64,000 nucleotides of DNA, taken from the NCBI GenBank assembly GCA_002411005.1, contig DHQC01000013.1:133093-197092 (forward strand). Direction: 5' to 3'. The stretch is from Bacillales bacterium UBA5348. Its GTDB lineage: Bacteria > Bacillota_I > Bacilli_A > RF39 > UBA660. The first letter of the stretch is position 1; every line of letters begins with the position of its first letter. Both the position numbers and the translations under genes were made by a program. Of this stretch, positions 20,314 through 31,084 are shown piece after piece. Below the pieces are notes generated by a model, which was not told the DNA's origin, made no database searches, and worked only from the letters and a program-made list of their open reading frames with translations.

Positions 20314-20583
20314 ATGGCTTTAAAGAAAGATGAAAAGCAAAACATAATTAAGAAATTTGCTCGTGGTGAAGGTGATACTGGCTCAGTTGAAGTTCAAGTT
20401 GCAATTTTAACTCAAGAAATTCTTCAACTAACAGAACACTTGAAAGAACATAAACACGATTTCCACTCTAAAAGAGGTTTGTTAATTAAAGTTGGTAAAC
20501 GTCGTAATCTACTTAATTATCTAATTAAGAATGATGTTAAGAGATATCGTGAATTAATTAAAGAATTAAATTTAAGGAAGTAG
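20314..20583 (+). CDS. rpsO: 30S ribosomal protein S15
   Basis: 89 aa, highly conserved S15 sequence. Confidence 0.95.
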   Translation: MALKKDEKQNIIKKFARGEGDTGSVEVQVAILTQEILQLTEHLKEHKHDFHSKRGLLIKVGKRRNLLNYLIKNDVKRYRELIKELNLRK

Positions 20584-20612
20584 GCACTATTTTTTAGTGC
20601 CTTTTCTATTGA
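20581..20612 (+). terminator. rpsO terminator / pnp leader hairpin
   Basis: Hairpin GGCACTAttttTTAGTGCC followed by a T tract. Confidence 0.6.
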
Positions 20613-20625
20613 AGGGATGGTAAGA

Positions 20626-22776
20626 ATGGATAAAAAAATATTTACATTAGATTTCAGGGGAAGAAAAATTGTTGTTGAACATGGTGAACTTGCCAAACAA
20701 GCTCACGGAGCAGTTCTAGTAAGATATGGTGACACGGCTGTTTTATCAGCTACTGTTGGCTCTAAAAGTGTATCGGCAGGGGATTTCTTTCCTCTAACGG
20801 TTATTTATAATGAAAAACAATATTCAGTGGGTAAAATACCAGGAGGATTTATTAAAAGGGAAGGTAGACCAACAGAGAATGCTACTCTAACAGCTCGTTT
20901 AATAGATAGACCTATTAGACCACTATTTCCTGAAGGCTATAAAAATGAGGTTCAAATTATAAACACAGTGCTTTCAGTTGATCAAGATAATTCGCCAGAA
21001 ATGTCAGCTTTATTTGGGTCTTCATTAGCATTGTCAGTTAGTGAAATACCATTTGATGAACCAGTAGCAGGTGTTGTTGTAGGACGTGTTGATGAAGAAT
21101 TTATTATTAATCCAACCGCTGCTCAAGCTGAAGCTAGTGAGTTATCTTTAACTATTGCAGGAACAGCAACAGCTATAACTATGGTTGAAGCTGGTAGTAA
21201 AGAAGTATCTGAAGAAGTTATGTTAGAAGCAATGTTATTTGGTCATGAAGCTATAAAAGAATTAGTTGCGTTCCAAAATGAAATAATTTCAGAAATTGGT
21301 GTCGCTAAAGATGAATTTGAAATTCCGCAAACTGATGAGGAATTAACTGCTGAAGTAAACAATATTGCTAAAGATAAAATGATAGAGTGTATTAAAATAA
21401 AAGAAAAAATAGCAAGATATGAAGCTATTGATAATTTAAAAGAGGAAGTTATTGAGTCTTATCGAGAAAAATATCAAGATGATGTAGATAGAGATGATAT
21501 AGTCAAAAAGGTAAGAAATATTCTTGATGATGTTGAATGGCTAGAATTAAGACGCTTAATTGTTGATGAGAAGATAAGACCTGATGGTAGAGGAATAACT
21601 GAAATTAGACCTTTATCAGGGGAAGTTGATTTACTTGCGAGAACACATGGCTCGGCATTATTTACAAGAGGCCAAACTCAATCCTTAAGTGTTACAACTT
21701 TGGGTGCAATTGGTGAACATCAAATTTTAGATGGGCTCGGTGTTGAAGCTGATAAGAGATTTTTGCTTCATTATAACTTTCCACAATTTAGTGTTGGTGA
21801 AACCGGTCGTTATGGTTCGCCTGGTAGAAGAGAAATAGGTCATGGTGCTTTAGGAGAACGTGCTTTATTACAGGTTATACCAAGTGAGGAAGAGTTTCCA
21901 TATACTATTCGTGTAGTATCTGAAATACTTGAAAGTAACGGTTCATCTAGTCAAGCTAGTATATGTGCTGGTTGCATGTCGTTAATGGCTGCTGGTGTGC
22001 CTGTTAAGGCCCCTGTAGCAGGTATTGCTATGGGACTTGTTAGTGATGGTGAAAATTATACTGTTTTAACTGATATTCAAGGTATCGAAGATCATATGGG
22101 AGATATGGATTTTAAAGTAGCTGGTACAAGAAATGGTATTTGTGCTCTTCAAATGGATATTAAAATTAAAGGAATTAATGGAGAAATTATTAAAGAGGCT
22201 TTAGAACAAGCTCGTATTGGTAGAATGCAAATTTTAGATGTTATGGAAAATGTAATTGCAGAACCACGAAAAGAACTTAGTCCTTATGCTCCAAAGATTA
22301 AACAAATTATGATTAATCCATCTAAAATCAAAGATGTTATTGGTCGTGGTGGAGATATGATTTCTAAGATAATCGAAGATTGTGGCAATGTAAAAATTGA
22401 CATAGAAGATGATGGAAGAGTTGTTGTTTACCATACTGATTACCAAATGATCGATAAAGCAATAGCTGTTATAGAAGACATTGTAAGAGAAGTAGAAGAA
22501 GGTAAAATATATACTGCTAAAGTTGTTAAGGTTGAAGAATTTGGATGCTTTGTTCAATTGTGGCCAGGCTGTGAAGGTTTAGTTCATATATCTCAATTAG
22601 CCAATGAACATGTTAATAAAACAGAAGACGTAGTTAAGCTAGGTGATGAAATCATTGTTAAAGCTCTAGGTTATGATAAAAAAGGTCGTTTAAACCTTTC
22701 ACGCAAGGAAGTTTTCAACAAAGATAAAGAAAAAGAACCTAAAAAGGAAACTGAAGAGGTTAAGATTTCAGAATAA
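20626..22776 (+). CDS. pnp: Polyribonucleotide nucleotidyltransferase (PNPase)
   Basis: Two RNase PH domains plus KH and S1 domains. The start is ATG 20617 or 20626; the alignment begins at MDKKIF. Confidence 0.95.
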   Translation: MDKKIFTLDFRGRKIVVEHGELAKQAHGAVLVRYGDTAVLSATVGSKSVSAGDFFPLTVIYNEKQYSVGKIPGGFIKREGRPTENATLTARLIDRPIRPLFPEGYKNEVQIINTVLSVDQDNSPEMSALFGSSLALSVSEIPFDEPVAGVVVGRVDEEFIINPTAAQAEASELSLTIAGTATAITMVEAGSKEVSEEVMLEAMLFGHEAIKELVAFQNEIISEIGVAKDEFEIPQTDEELTAEVNNIAKDKMIECIKIKEKIARYEAIDNLKEEVIESYREKYQDDVDRDDIVKKVRNILDDVEWLELRRLIVDEKIRPDGRGITEIRPLSGEVDLLARTHGSALFTRGQTQSLSVTTLGAIGEHQILDGLGVEADKRFLLHYNFPQFSVGETGRYGSPGRREIGHGALGERALLQVIPSEEEFPYTIRVVSEILESNGSSSQASICAGCMSLMAAGVPVKAPVAGIAMGLVSDGENYTVLTDIQGIEDHMGDMDFKVAGTRNGICALQMDIKIKGINGEIIKEALEQARIGRMQILDVMENVIAEPRKELSPYAPKIKQIMINPSKIKDVIGRGGDMISKIIEDCGNVKIDIEDDGRVVVYHTDYQMIDKAIAVIEDIVREVEEGKIYTAKVVKVEEFGCFVQLWPGCEGLVHISQLANEHVNKTEDVVKLGDEIIVKALGYDKKGRLNLSRKEVFNKDKEKEPKKETEEVKISE

Positions 22777-22777
22777 C

Positions 22778-22815
22778 AAGTAAAAAAGAAGATATTTAGA
22801 TATCTTCTTTTTCTA
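22778..22815. terminator. Bidirectional terminator between pnp and rnj
   Basis: Hairpin AAGAAGATATttagATATCTTCTT flanked by A and T runs. Confidence 0.6.
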
Positions 22816-24486
22816 TCTCTTTACTTCCATGAATACAGGTAAGATAATAGGCTTTCTGCCAGTTTCATCCTTTATAAATGGAGATACTTCAGCAATAATT
22901 TGTTGTTTTAAATCTGCATAATTCAATTTCTTGTTTTTAAGATTGTGTTTGATTATCTGATTAGCCATATATTCTATTCTACTAAGTAATTCACCACTTT
23001 CATTAACAAGAACAAAACCTCTAGTTGTAATATTAGTGTTCCCTAGTAATTCATTATTATTGATATCAATATTGGCAATAATAACTAGAATACCATCATC
23101 AGACATAATGCTACGATCTTTAATAACGGCACTACCTACATCGCCAATTCTATTACCATCAACATAAATATCTGATGCTTGAACAGTTCCGTTTCTTTTA
23201 ATACCGTTCTTTGTTATTGATAAAACATCACCGTTATCTAAAACGAAGATATTCTCCTTAGGTATTCCACATTCTAATGCTAAATCAGCATGTGCTTTAA
23301 GCATACGATATTCACCATGGTATGGCATAAAATATTCTGGCTGGAATAATCTTAACATTAATTTCAATTCTTGATTATTACCATGTCCTGAAGTATGAAT
23401 GCCACTTAATGATGTATTAGTAAATACTTTAACACCTTTTAAGTATAATTTATTTATTGTATTCGATATACTTGCAGCATTACCTGGAATAGGTGATGAA
23501 GAAAATACTACGACATCGCCTGGGATTAATTTGATTTGTCTGTGTGATCCATTAGCAATTCTCGATAGAGCAGCTAGTGGTTCACCTTGTGATCCAGTAC
23601 ATAATAGTGCTATTTCATTAGCTTTCATTCTGTTAGCTTCTTCTGGTGTAACAAAGATATCGGTATCTTCAATATAACCACCTGATATAGCTATTTCAAT
23701 TGATGTTTCCATACTTCTTCCAAATAAAGCAACTTTTCGGTTGTTTTTTTTGCAAGTTTCAACAATGTGTTTTAGACGATATATATTTGATGCAAAAGTT
23801 GCAATAATAATACGACCATCACATTCTTCGAAGACGTCTCCCAAAGCCTCATCAACTTTTGATTCGCTAATTGAGAAACCATCTACTAAGGCATTGGTAC
23901 TATCACTTAATAATAGTTTAACGCTCTTTTTTCCAATCTCAGCCATTTTATGAATGTTAGACATTGGTCCAATTGGTGTAAAATCAAACTTAAAGTCCCC
24001 AGTCATAACTATTGTACCGTTTGGTGTATGAATAGCTAAACCGTGAGAATCCGGTATAGAGTGAGTTGTATTAAAAAACTCTATATCGAAATATTTATAT
24101 TTAACTCTAGTTTTTTCAGTATAAATATTAATGTTTTTATATTTAATATTACGTTCTTCAATTTTCTTTTTTATAAGTGCAGTTGCTTGCTTAGGCGCAT
24201 ATATAATTGGAATATTGATTAATTGCAACAAAAAAGGAATACCACCAATATGGTCTTCATGACCATGGGTAATAAATAAGCCCTTTATTTTGTCTTGATT
24301 TTTCTTTAGAAAAGAAAAATCGGGAATGACATAATCTATTCCCATTAGTTCATCTTGTGGGAACATAACACCAGTATCAACAATGATAATCTCGTCGTTA
24401 TGCATGACGCAATACATATTCTTGCCAACTTCTCCTAATCCGCCTAAGGCAAAGACTTTTGTATCGCCATTTTCAAAAAATTTCAT
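22813..24486 (-). CDS. rnj: Ribonuclease J
   Basis: 557 aa. Metallo-beta-lactamase HxHxDH motif (THGHEDHIGG), beta-CASP domain, and the RNase J C-terminal domain. Confidence 0.9.
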   Translation of the reverse strand: MKFFENGDTKVFALGGLGEVGKNMYCVMHNDEIIIVDTGVMFPQDELMGIDYVIPDFSFLKKNQDKIKGLFITHGHEDHIGGIPFLLQLINIPIIYAPKQATALIKKKIEERNIKYKNINIYTEKTRVKYKYFDIEFFNTTHSIPDSHGLAIHTPNGTIVMTGDFKFDFTPIGPMSNIHKMAEIGKKSVKLLLSDSTNALVDGFSISESKVDEALGDVFEECDGRIIIATFASNIYRLKHIVETCKKNNRKVALFGRSMETSIEIAISGGYIEDTDIFVTPEEANRMKANEIALLCTGSQGEPLAALSRIANGSHRQIKLIPGDVVVFSSSPIPGNAASISNTINKLYLKGVKVFTNTSLSGIHTSGHGNNQELKLMLRLFQPEYFMPYHGEYRMLKAHADLALECGIPKENIFVLDNGDVLSITKNGIKRNGTVQASDIYVDGNRIGDVGSAVIKDRSIMSDDGILVIIANIDINNNELLGNTNITTRGFVLVNESGELLSRIEYMANQIIKHNLKNKKLNYADLKQQIIAEVSPFIKDETGRKPIILPVFMEVKR

Positions 24487-24667
24487 AATTCTCCTTTCGT
24501 AGTTAATATTTGAAAGATTAACTTTTTTAAGTATACATGTTTTTTGTTTGTTTGTCTAGATTATATCCTTTTATTAGGCTTAAATTTACAAAAAATAGGT
24601 AAAATGATTGGTTTCGAAACATTATTTATGTTATTTGTATTATAATAATATTTGAATGGAGTTAAAC

Positions 24668-25252
24668 ATGGTAGATATTTTAGAAAACATAATTGAAGTT
24701 ATCACAGATGTAATGAGAGTTGGAGGACCTTTAGTTGGTTTTTTCCTCATTATCTTAGAATCAATTCTGCCAATTCTACCATTAGGAGCTTTTATTGCTT
24801 TAAATAATATTGTGTTTGGTTCGTTTTGGGGTTTTATTATATCTTGGGTTGCTACTATTATCGGATGTATCATATCTTTTTATGCTTTTAGGTTAGGCTT
24901 TAGTAATATTTTATACCGTAATATTAAACTTGAAAGTAAAGTAAATAAATTTATGGTTTATATGAGGAATATTACCTTACCACAGTTAACATTACTTATT
25001 GCAATGCCATTTACCCCCGCATTTGCTGTTAATATAGCTGCAGGTCTATCAAAGATGTCCGTCGGCAAGTATTTAGCAAGTATAATTATTGGAAAAATTT
25101 CAATTGTATATTTCTGGGGATATATTGGTACTAGTTTTATTGAAAGTATTAAAGATCCTGTGATTCTTTTAGAAATTGCGGCTTTACTTGGCATAGCTTA
25201 TGTTATATCAAGATTAATTCAAAAATATTTAAATATGAATGGAGTGAAGTAA
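24668..25252 (+). CDS. TVP38/TMEM64 (DedA-like) family membrane protein
   Basis: Polytopic with DedA/TVP38 core motifs. AATGGAG RBS precedes ATG 24668. Confidence 0.7.
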   Translation: MVDILENIIEVITDVMRVGGPLVGFFLIILESILPILPLGAFIALNNIVFGSFWGFIISWVATIIGCIISFYAFRLGFSNILYRNIKLESKVNKFMVYMRNITLPQLTLLIAMPFTPAFAVNIAAGLSKMSVGKYLASIIIGKISIVYFWGYIGTSFIESIKDPVILLEIAALLGIAYVISRLIQKYLNMNGVK

Positions 25253-26370
25253 TGGAGTATATTGTAATTATTTTATTAATAGTGATTCTTATAGTCTGCG
25301 TCATATCTTTATCGAAGAATATTAATGAGGGGAATATCACCGAACGTTTAGGAAGACTTGAGACAAGTCTTACAAAAGAAGTGGGAGACTTTAAGACTGA
25401 TTTTGGGCGTACTTTGACTGAAGATTTTAACAGATTAAATGAGCGAATTGAATTTAAATTAAATGCTATTAATGAAAGAGTTAATATTAGATTAGATGAG
25501 AATTTTGAAAAAACAAATAAGACCTTTACTTCCGTTTTAGAACGTCTATCTAAAATAGATGAAGCTCAAAAAAAGATTGATTCTCTCTCAAGTGACATTG
25601 TGTCGCTGCAAGGTGTTTTAACAGATAAAAAGAGCAGAGGTATCTTTGGTGAGGTTAATCTAAAGCATATTCTAAGTAACATTTTTGGAGAAAAGAATGA
25701 TCGTATTTATCAAATTCAATATTCTTTTCAAAATTCAACTATAGTCGATGCTGTGTTATTTGCTCCTGAACCTTTAGGAACTATAGCGATTGATTCTAAA
25801 TTTCCCTTGGAACATTATCAACTGATGGTTGATAAAAACCTCTCAAGTGTAGAAAGAAAAAAAAATGAAAAAGAGTTTAAAAATGATGTTAAGAAACATA
25901 TAGATGCTATATCATCTAAATATATAATTCCTAATGTAACATCAGATCAAGCAATAATGTTTTTGCCAGCAGAAGCAATATTTGCAGAAATCAACGCATA
26001 TCATCAAGATGTAATTGATTATGCTAATAAAAAAAGAGTATGGATCACTTCTCCAACTACTTTGATGAGTACTTTAACTGTTGTTCAAATGGTTATTAGA
26101 AATATGGAAAGAGATAAATATGCTTCAATTATTCAAGAAGAATTATCTAAATTAAGTGTAGAATTTTCACTTTATCGCCGTCGATGGGACAAGCTTTCAC
26201 AACATATTCAAACAGTTAGTAAAGATGTTGAAGAAGTTCATATTACAACCAGAAAAATAAGCAAGCGTTTTGATTCAATAAACAAAGTTGATGTTGATAA
26301 ATTGCAAGTAACAGAAGAAATAGAAACCATTAATAATGGAGGTGATGAAGATGAATCGGATTTACAATAA
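25252..26370 (+). CDS. rmuC: DNA recombination protein RmuC
   Basis: N-terminal TM, coiled-coil, and the RmuC C-terminal nuclease-like region (FLPAEAIFAE). Confidence 0.8.
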   Translation: MEYIVIILLIVILIVCVISLSKNINEGNITERLGRLETSLTKEVGDFKTDFGRTLTEDFNRLNERIEFKLNAINERVNIRLDENFEKTNKTFTSVLERLSKIDEAQKKIDSLSSDIVSLQGVLTDKKSRGIFGEVNLKHILSNIFGEKNDRIYQIQYSFQNSTIVDAVLFAPEPLGTIAIDSKFPLEHYQLMVDKNLSSVERKKNEKEFKNDVKKHIDAISSKYIIPNVTSDQAIMFLPAEAIFAEINAYHQDVIDYANKKRVWITSPTTLMSTLTVVQMVIRNMERDKYASIIQEELSKLSVEFSLYRRRWDKLSQHIQTVSKDVEEVHITTRKISKRFDSINKVDVDKLQVTEEIETINNGGDEDESDLQ

Positions 26371-26677
26371 ATTAGTTAGGGATAAAATAGCTTAAAAAAT
26401 AAAAGATAATGGAGAAGAACCAATAACAAGAATTCTTGGTGATGAAGAGTATAAATTAATGCTTAATAATAAATTGGTAGAGTAAGTTCATGAATATCTT
26501 TTAAGTAGTGAACCTGAAGAACTAGCAGATATCTTAGAGGTTGTTAGAGCAATAGGTAAGGTAAATGGACTATCCTTTGAAGAACTTATAAAAATAATGG
26601 ACCAGAAAAAAGAGAAACGTGGGGGATTTGATGAGAAAATCTTTCTTATCAAAGTTAAAAATGCAAAGAGTTTATAA
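26351..26677 (+). pseudogene. MazG-like all-alpha NTP pyrophosphohydrolase pseudogene (two in-frame TAA nonsense codons)
   Basis: The frame reads MNRIYNKLVRDKIA*KIKDNGEEPITRILGDEEYKLMLNNKLVE*VHEYLLSSEPEELADILEVVRAIGKVNGLSFEELIKIMDQKKEKRGGFDEKIF. This matches the KLVRDKIPE...EELADxLEV...KKxEKRGGF family. Both stops sit where Glu (GAA) is expected. Confidence 0.6.
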
Positions 26678-26698
26678 TTTATAAACTCTTTTTTGTTT
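26665..26698 (+). terminator. Rho-independent terminator
   Basis: Hairpin AGAGTTTATAAtttATAAACTCT followed by TTTTTT. Confidence 0.55.
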
Positions 26699-26737
26699 TA
26701 AATAACTTGTTTCATCAATACAATTTAATAGGTGATA

Positions 26738-26962
26738 ATGATGACAAGGTTGTTTTTGTTCTTAGTAGGTTTTGGTTTAATGGTAATTGGTATTGTCCAT
26801 ATTATAATTTATATGAATTTTATGACTGTTGGGTATACTTTTAATGAATACGTTAATTTTATTATTAGGAGTAGTGATTTTGTTTATACAATAGTAGGTT
26901 TTATTATTGTTAATTTATGTATTTTTGTTAAGGGAGGAGAAAATAGTGAAATACGTTTATGA
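26738..26962 (+). CDS. Small two-TM membrane protein (uncertain)
   Basis: AGGTGA RBS before ATG 26738/26741. Hydrophobic 74 aa. Overlaps the start of the next gene. Confidence 0.3.
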   Translation: MMTRLFLFLVGFGLMVIGIVHIIIYMNFMTVGYTFNEYVNFIIRSSDFVYTIVGFIIVNLCIFVKGGENSEIRL

Positions 26963-27599
26963 TATTCTTTTAAATTTTAATGAGACAAGGATCTATGATT
27001 TTTTTGAGTGGCGTCCTGAAGATGATATTGAATATTTTAAAAAAGTATCGATCTTAAAGATCGATAGTGATTCTTATAGAAAAGTTGCAGTTGGAGCTAG
27101 AGTTGCTGATGAAGCCTTATTAAATAAAATATATAATACTGCCGAGATATACGATAAGAAACAAATTAGATATGTTGAATATTTAATGATATTAACTAAC
27201 GGCAGTGAAGCAGTTGGTGTTTTACTAAATAAAATGGGTCGAATACTGATGATTAGTAAATTACTCTTGGACGAGGAAGAAGAAGTTTTTGGGATATGCA
27301 ACATACAGGATGAGAAAGCACTTGATATAACAGCCAGTAATATAGAAAGTAATAATACGAATAATTATTTAACCCGTTATGAAGGTAAAAAATTATTTTT
27401 TCTTAATAAAGAGTTAGAAGGGTTATACTTTGATAAGAATTTAGTTAAGTTAAAATATTTATATTATGAATGTTTTAGACAGATAGAAAATGATATAGAG
27501 ACAATATATGACCGTATAAAAACATTTATAAATGATGAATGGAGTACAAAACATAATGAATTATATAACTTGGTAAGACTTTCATATAGCAAGAAATAG
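26948..27599 (+). CDS. Hypothetical protein
   Basis: GTG start with AGGGAGGAG RBS 7 nt upstream. About 217 aa, no motif recognised. Confidence 0.45.
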
Positions 27600-27671
27600 T
27601 TTTTTGTCACATCCTTGAAAGTATATTTTTCAAACTTTATACTAAACATATTATAGAAGGATGGTGATTTT

Positions 27672-28241
27672 TTGTATTTAGTACCGACGGTTATTGAAAA
27701 AACGAGTAGTGGTGAAAAAGCGTATGATTTATATTCACGATTATTAGAGGACCGTATTATTCTCTTATGTGGTGAGATAGATGATCATCTTGCAAATAAT
27801 ATTGTAGCTCAATTGCTTTATTTAGATAGTTTGAATAATGAAAATATTAATCTTTACATAAATTCCAATGGAGGTTCTGTGACAGCAGGCTTTGCTATCT
27901 ATGATACGATGAATTATATAAAGAGTGATGTCTCGACTATTTGTCTTGGTTTAGCAGCTTCAATGGGTGCTTTTCTGCTGTCTAGTGGTGAAAAGGGCAA
28001 AAGATTTGCACTACCTAATGCAGATGTTTTAATCCATCAACCATCAGGTGGTTCTCAAGGGCAAGCGACAGAAATGAAAATTGCAGCTGAACATATTTTA
28101 AAGGTGAAGGATAAACTAAATAATATTTTATCTAAGAATACTGGTCAAAAGTTAGAACAGATAGAAAATGATGTTGAAAGAGATTATTATATGACTTCTG
28201 ATGAAGCATTAGGCTATGGACTTATTGATAAGATATTGTAA
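27672..28241 (+). CDS. clpP: ATP-dependent Clp protease proteolytic subunit
   Basis: Aligns residue-for-residue with B. subtilis ClpP from position 1 ([11 protein letters not shown]... vs MNLIPTVIEQT...). The Ser-His-Asp catalytic triad context is present. The start codon is TTG, preceded by a GGATGGTGA RBS. Confidence 0.95.
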   Translation: MYLVPTVIEKTSSGEKAYDLYSRLLEDRIILLCGEIDDHLANNIVAQLLYLDSLNNENINLYINSNGGSVTAGFAIYDTMNYIKSDVSTICLGLAASMGAFLLSSGEKGKRFALPNADVLIHQPSGGSQGQATEMKIAAEHILKVKDKLNNILSKNTGQKLEQIENDVERDYYMTSDEALGYGLIDKIL

Positions 28242-28326
28242 AAATCAGTTATATTAATTGATTTTTTTCTTTATAGTGGAAAAATATTATTATTTTGTGT
28301 TAGAATTAGAGCAAGGAGAATGATGT

Positions 28327-29313
28327 ATGGAAAGATTAGTATCAGGTATTAAACCAACAGGAGAACTTACACTAGGCAGTTATATTGGAGCTATTAAGCA
28401 ATATATTGAGTTGCAAAAGAAATATGAATCATATGTATTTGTAGCGGATTTACATGCTATTACAGTTCCCCAAGAAAAAGAAGAATTACGTAAAAACATT
28501 AAAGATATTGTCGCTATATATCTAGCTTGTGGCCTTGATCATAAGAAAACAACGATTTATCTTCAATCAGAGAATCCTTATCATGCTCAATTATCATGGA
28601 TTCTAGAATGTAATACTTACTTAGGAGAACTTAATAGAATGACCCAATTTAAGGATAAAAACAAAAAATCAGATAATAAAAGCTTATCGTGTGGGTTATA
28701 TACCTACCCAGTTTTGATGTCTAGTGATATTCTTTTATATGATGCTGATATTGTACCAGTTGGTGAAGATCAAAAACAACATGTAGAATTGACACGTAAT
28801 ATAGCCCAACGTTTTAACAATAAATATGGGGAAACTTTTAAGATTCCAAGACCAGTTATCCCAGCTGAAGGTGCCCGTATTAAAGATTTACAAGATCCAC
28901 TTAAAAAGATGAGCAAATCAGATGATGATCACCGTGGCTCTATTTTATTATTAGATAAAGAAGATGTTGTTCGCAAGAAAATAATGGGTGCTATTACAGA
29001 CAGCGATAATAAAATATATTTTGATGAAGAGAATAAACCAGGTATTTCCAATTTAATGACTATATATGGATCTTTGTGCAATATGAAGTTAGAAGAGGTA
29101 GAAGAAAAGTTTAAGGATAGTAATTATGGAACTTTTAAAAAAGAAGTTGCAGATGTTATTGTTGAAACACTTGAGCCTATTCAAAATAGATATAAAGATA
29201 TAATTAGTTCATTTTTAATTGATGAAGTATTAGATGAGGGCCTTGCCAAAGTAATTGAAATAGCTAGAACCAAATGCTTAGAAGTTCAAGAACGTGTTGG
29301 ATTAGGAAGATAA
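28327..29313 (+). CDS. trpS: Tryptophan--tRNA ligase
   Basis: A HIGH-type motif (TLGSYIG) and KMSKS are present. The sequence is collinear with B. subtilis TrpS. AAGGAG RBS. Confidence 0.95.
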   Translation: MERLVSGIKPTGELTLGSYIGAIKQYIELQKKYESYVFVADLHAITVPQEKEELRKNIKDIVAIYLACGLDHKKTTIYLQSENPYHAQLSWILECNTYLGELNRMTQFKDKNKKSDNKSLSCGLYTYPVLMSSDILLYDADIVPVGEDQKQHVELTRNIAQRFNNKYGETFKIPRPVIPAEGARIKDLQDPLKKMSKSDDDHRGSILLLDKEDVVRKKIMGAITDSDNKIYFDEENKPGISNLMTIYGSLCNMKLEEVEEKFKDSNYGTFKKEVADVIVETLEPIQNRYKDIISSFLIDEVLDEGLAKVIEIARTKCLEVQERVGLGR

Positions 29314-29345
29314 AAAACAAGGAAACTTGTTTTTTTATTTTGAGT
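29314..29345. terminator. Bidirectional terminator
   Basis: Hairpin AACAAGgaaaCTTGTT followed by TTTTTTTATTTT. Confidence 0.55.
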
Positions 29346-30249
29346 CAACAGAATACAAATTCTCACATCCAACATTTGTTGCTGTATCATGGAATAAAAG
29401 TTTGCTAGCTTTATATAAAGATAAAGTCATAGTCGATGTTAAACTCTCTTCTATTTCCTTGGTTATTTCACCCTTTGTGATGGCCCCAATTACTAGGTTT
29501 CCTGATTCGTATTTTAGTTTTATAATTAAACAAATATCCGCCTTTTTAATTATCACCTCGATGTTATTATCTTTAAGAATACGCTTTATAGAGAAACCAT
29601 TATATGTGGCAAAACGAAATTCGTCACCATCAACATTTAAGATAGAGAAGAAACCATTGCATTTTCCAAATAAATCAGCTTGAGCTAATATAAATGATGC
29701 ATTATAGTTCTCAAAATGATTAGTTTGAATCCATAACCATTGCTTAGGAAAACGACAACCAAAGTTCTTTTCCATATATCCAACACCGTTTATCAATTCA
29801 TTATGGTTATTATTGTTTATTGTTCCTTCAACTCTAGCTTTCATAAATATTACTTCATGATATGTTGTTAATGGTAAATGCTTAAAGAAACCCATTGTCC
29901 ATTTAGCAAGTCCATTTCGTTGTAAAAGAACTGTAGGATTGATCTTTAAATTAATGTTAAATGGATCTATAGAAATCTTTAATTGGTGAATTCCAAAGAC
30001 ATTGTCTTTTATTTTAACGGCATCTTTATTGTAATAGAAATCATCCACTTCAAATCTAAAGTAATAGGATTTATTTTTAGCACCATCCACTACTTGGATA
30101 AATGAATGAGGATCCTTTTTATATAATGTAATTCCAAAAATAAAGGAGTATGAATGGTTATTTTCATCGGTGATTCTAAGATACCAGCCTTCAAAATAAT
30201 TTTTAGTTTTGTTTGAACCAACAAATTTAAATATATTGATTTTTCTCAC
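29335..30249 (-). CDS. Hypothetical protein (possible tocopherol-cyclase-like/DUF fold)
   Basis: 304 aa soluble protein with N-terminal motif FEGWYLR; no confident family assignment. Confidence 0.4.
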   Translation of the reverse strand: MRKINIFKFVGSNKTKNYFEGWYLRITDENNHSYSFIFGITLYKKDPHSFIQVVDGAKNKSYYFRFEVDDFYYNKDAVKIKDNVFGIHQLKISIDPFNINLKINPTVLLQRNGLAKWTMGFFKHLPLTTYHEVIFMKARVEGTINNNNHNELINGVGYMEKNFGCRFPKQWLWIQTNHFENYNASFILAQADLFGKCNGFFSILNVDGDEFRFATYNGFSIKRILKDNNIEVIIKKADICLIIKLKYESGNLVIGAITKGEITKEIEESLTSTMTLSLYKASKLLFHDTATNVGCENLYSVDSK

Positions 30250-30370
30250 CTCATTTTATTATTCCCCAAATATTATAAAATATAGATAACTAAACAATGC
30301 TTTTTATAGTGTTGTAATTATTGATATATATTTTATTGATTATGCTATAATTAATAAAGAGGTGGATTGT

Positions 30371-31084
30371 ATGTTAAAGATAATCAATTTTTCTAAATCT
30401 TATGGAAACAATGGTAAAAAAGCCGTTGACAATTTAAATCTAGAAATAAAAAAGGGAGAAATATTTGGTTTCATTGGACATAATGGTGCTGGTAAAACAA
30501 CAACTATTAAAGCAATAGTAGGTATAACAGAATTTAATGAAGGTGAAATCTTGATAGATGGATTATCTATTAAAGAGAATGATATTGAATGTAAAAATAA
30601 GATAGCTTATATTCCTGACGATCCTGATATTTATTCTTCACTTACAGGAATCCAGTACTTAAACTTTATTGCCGATATTTATCAAGTAGAAGCCGAAGAA
30701 AAAGAGCGTCTTATTAAAAAATATGCTACAATGTTTGAAATTCTCCCTAATTTAGGGGATATTATTTCTACATATTCACATGGCATGAAGCAGAAGCTTG
30801 TTATTATATCAGCTTTAGTTCATAGCCCAAAACTGCTAGTTTTAGATGAACCTTTCGTAGGTTTGGATCCAAAATCAGCTTTTGCTCTTAAAAAAGTTAT
30901 GAGAGAACTATGTAATGATGGAGCATCAATTTTCTTCTCGTCACATGTTCTTGAAGTAGTTGAAAAATTATGTGATAAGGTTGCTATTATTAAGAATGGT
31001 AAGTTAATAAAATGTGGTAATGTATCTGATATTATTGGTGATGAGAATCTTGAATCTATATTTTTGGAGTTGAATGAACAATGA
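30371..31084 (+). CDS. ABC transporter ATP-binding protein
   Basis: Walker A GHNGAGKTT, signature YSHGMKQKL, and Walker B LLVLDEP. AGAGGTGGA RBS. Confidence 0.85.
   Translation: MLKIINFSKSYGNNGKKAVDNLNLEIKKGEIFGFIGHNGAGKTTTIKAIVGITEFNEGEILIDGLSIKENDIECKNKIAYIPDDPDIYSSLTGIQYLNFIADIYQVEAEEKERLIKKYATMFEILPNLGDIISTYSHGMKQKLVIISALVHSPKLLVLDEPFVGLDPKSAFALKKVMRELCNDGASIFFSSHVLEVVEKLCDKVAIIKNGKLIKCGNVSDIIGDENLESIFLELNEQ

Noticed and set aside
23399-23953. Plus-strand ORFs 23399..23677 and 23741..23953 inside the minus-strand rnj gene.
   Set aside because: Antisense to the conserved RNase J coding sequence; no RBS.
28242-28326. Possible T-box riboswitch upstream of trpS (and likewise upstream of gltX at 41688-41745).
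   Set aside because: The leaders are only about 85 and 58 nt, far too short for a T-box (about 200-300 nt). No specifier-loop or T-box sequence was seen.
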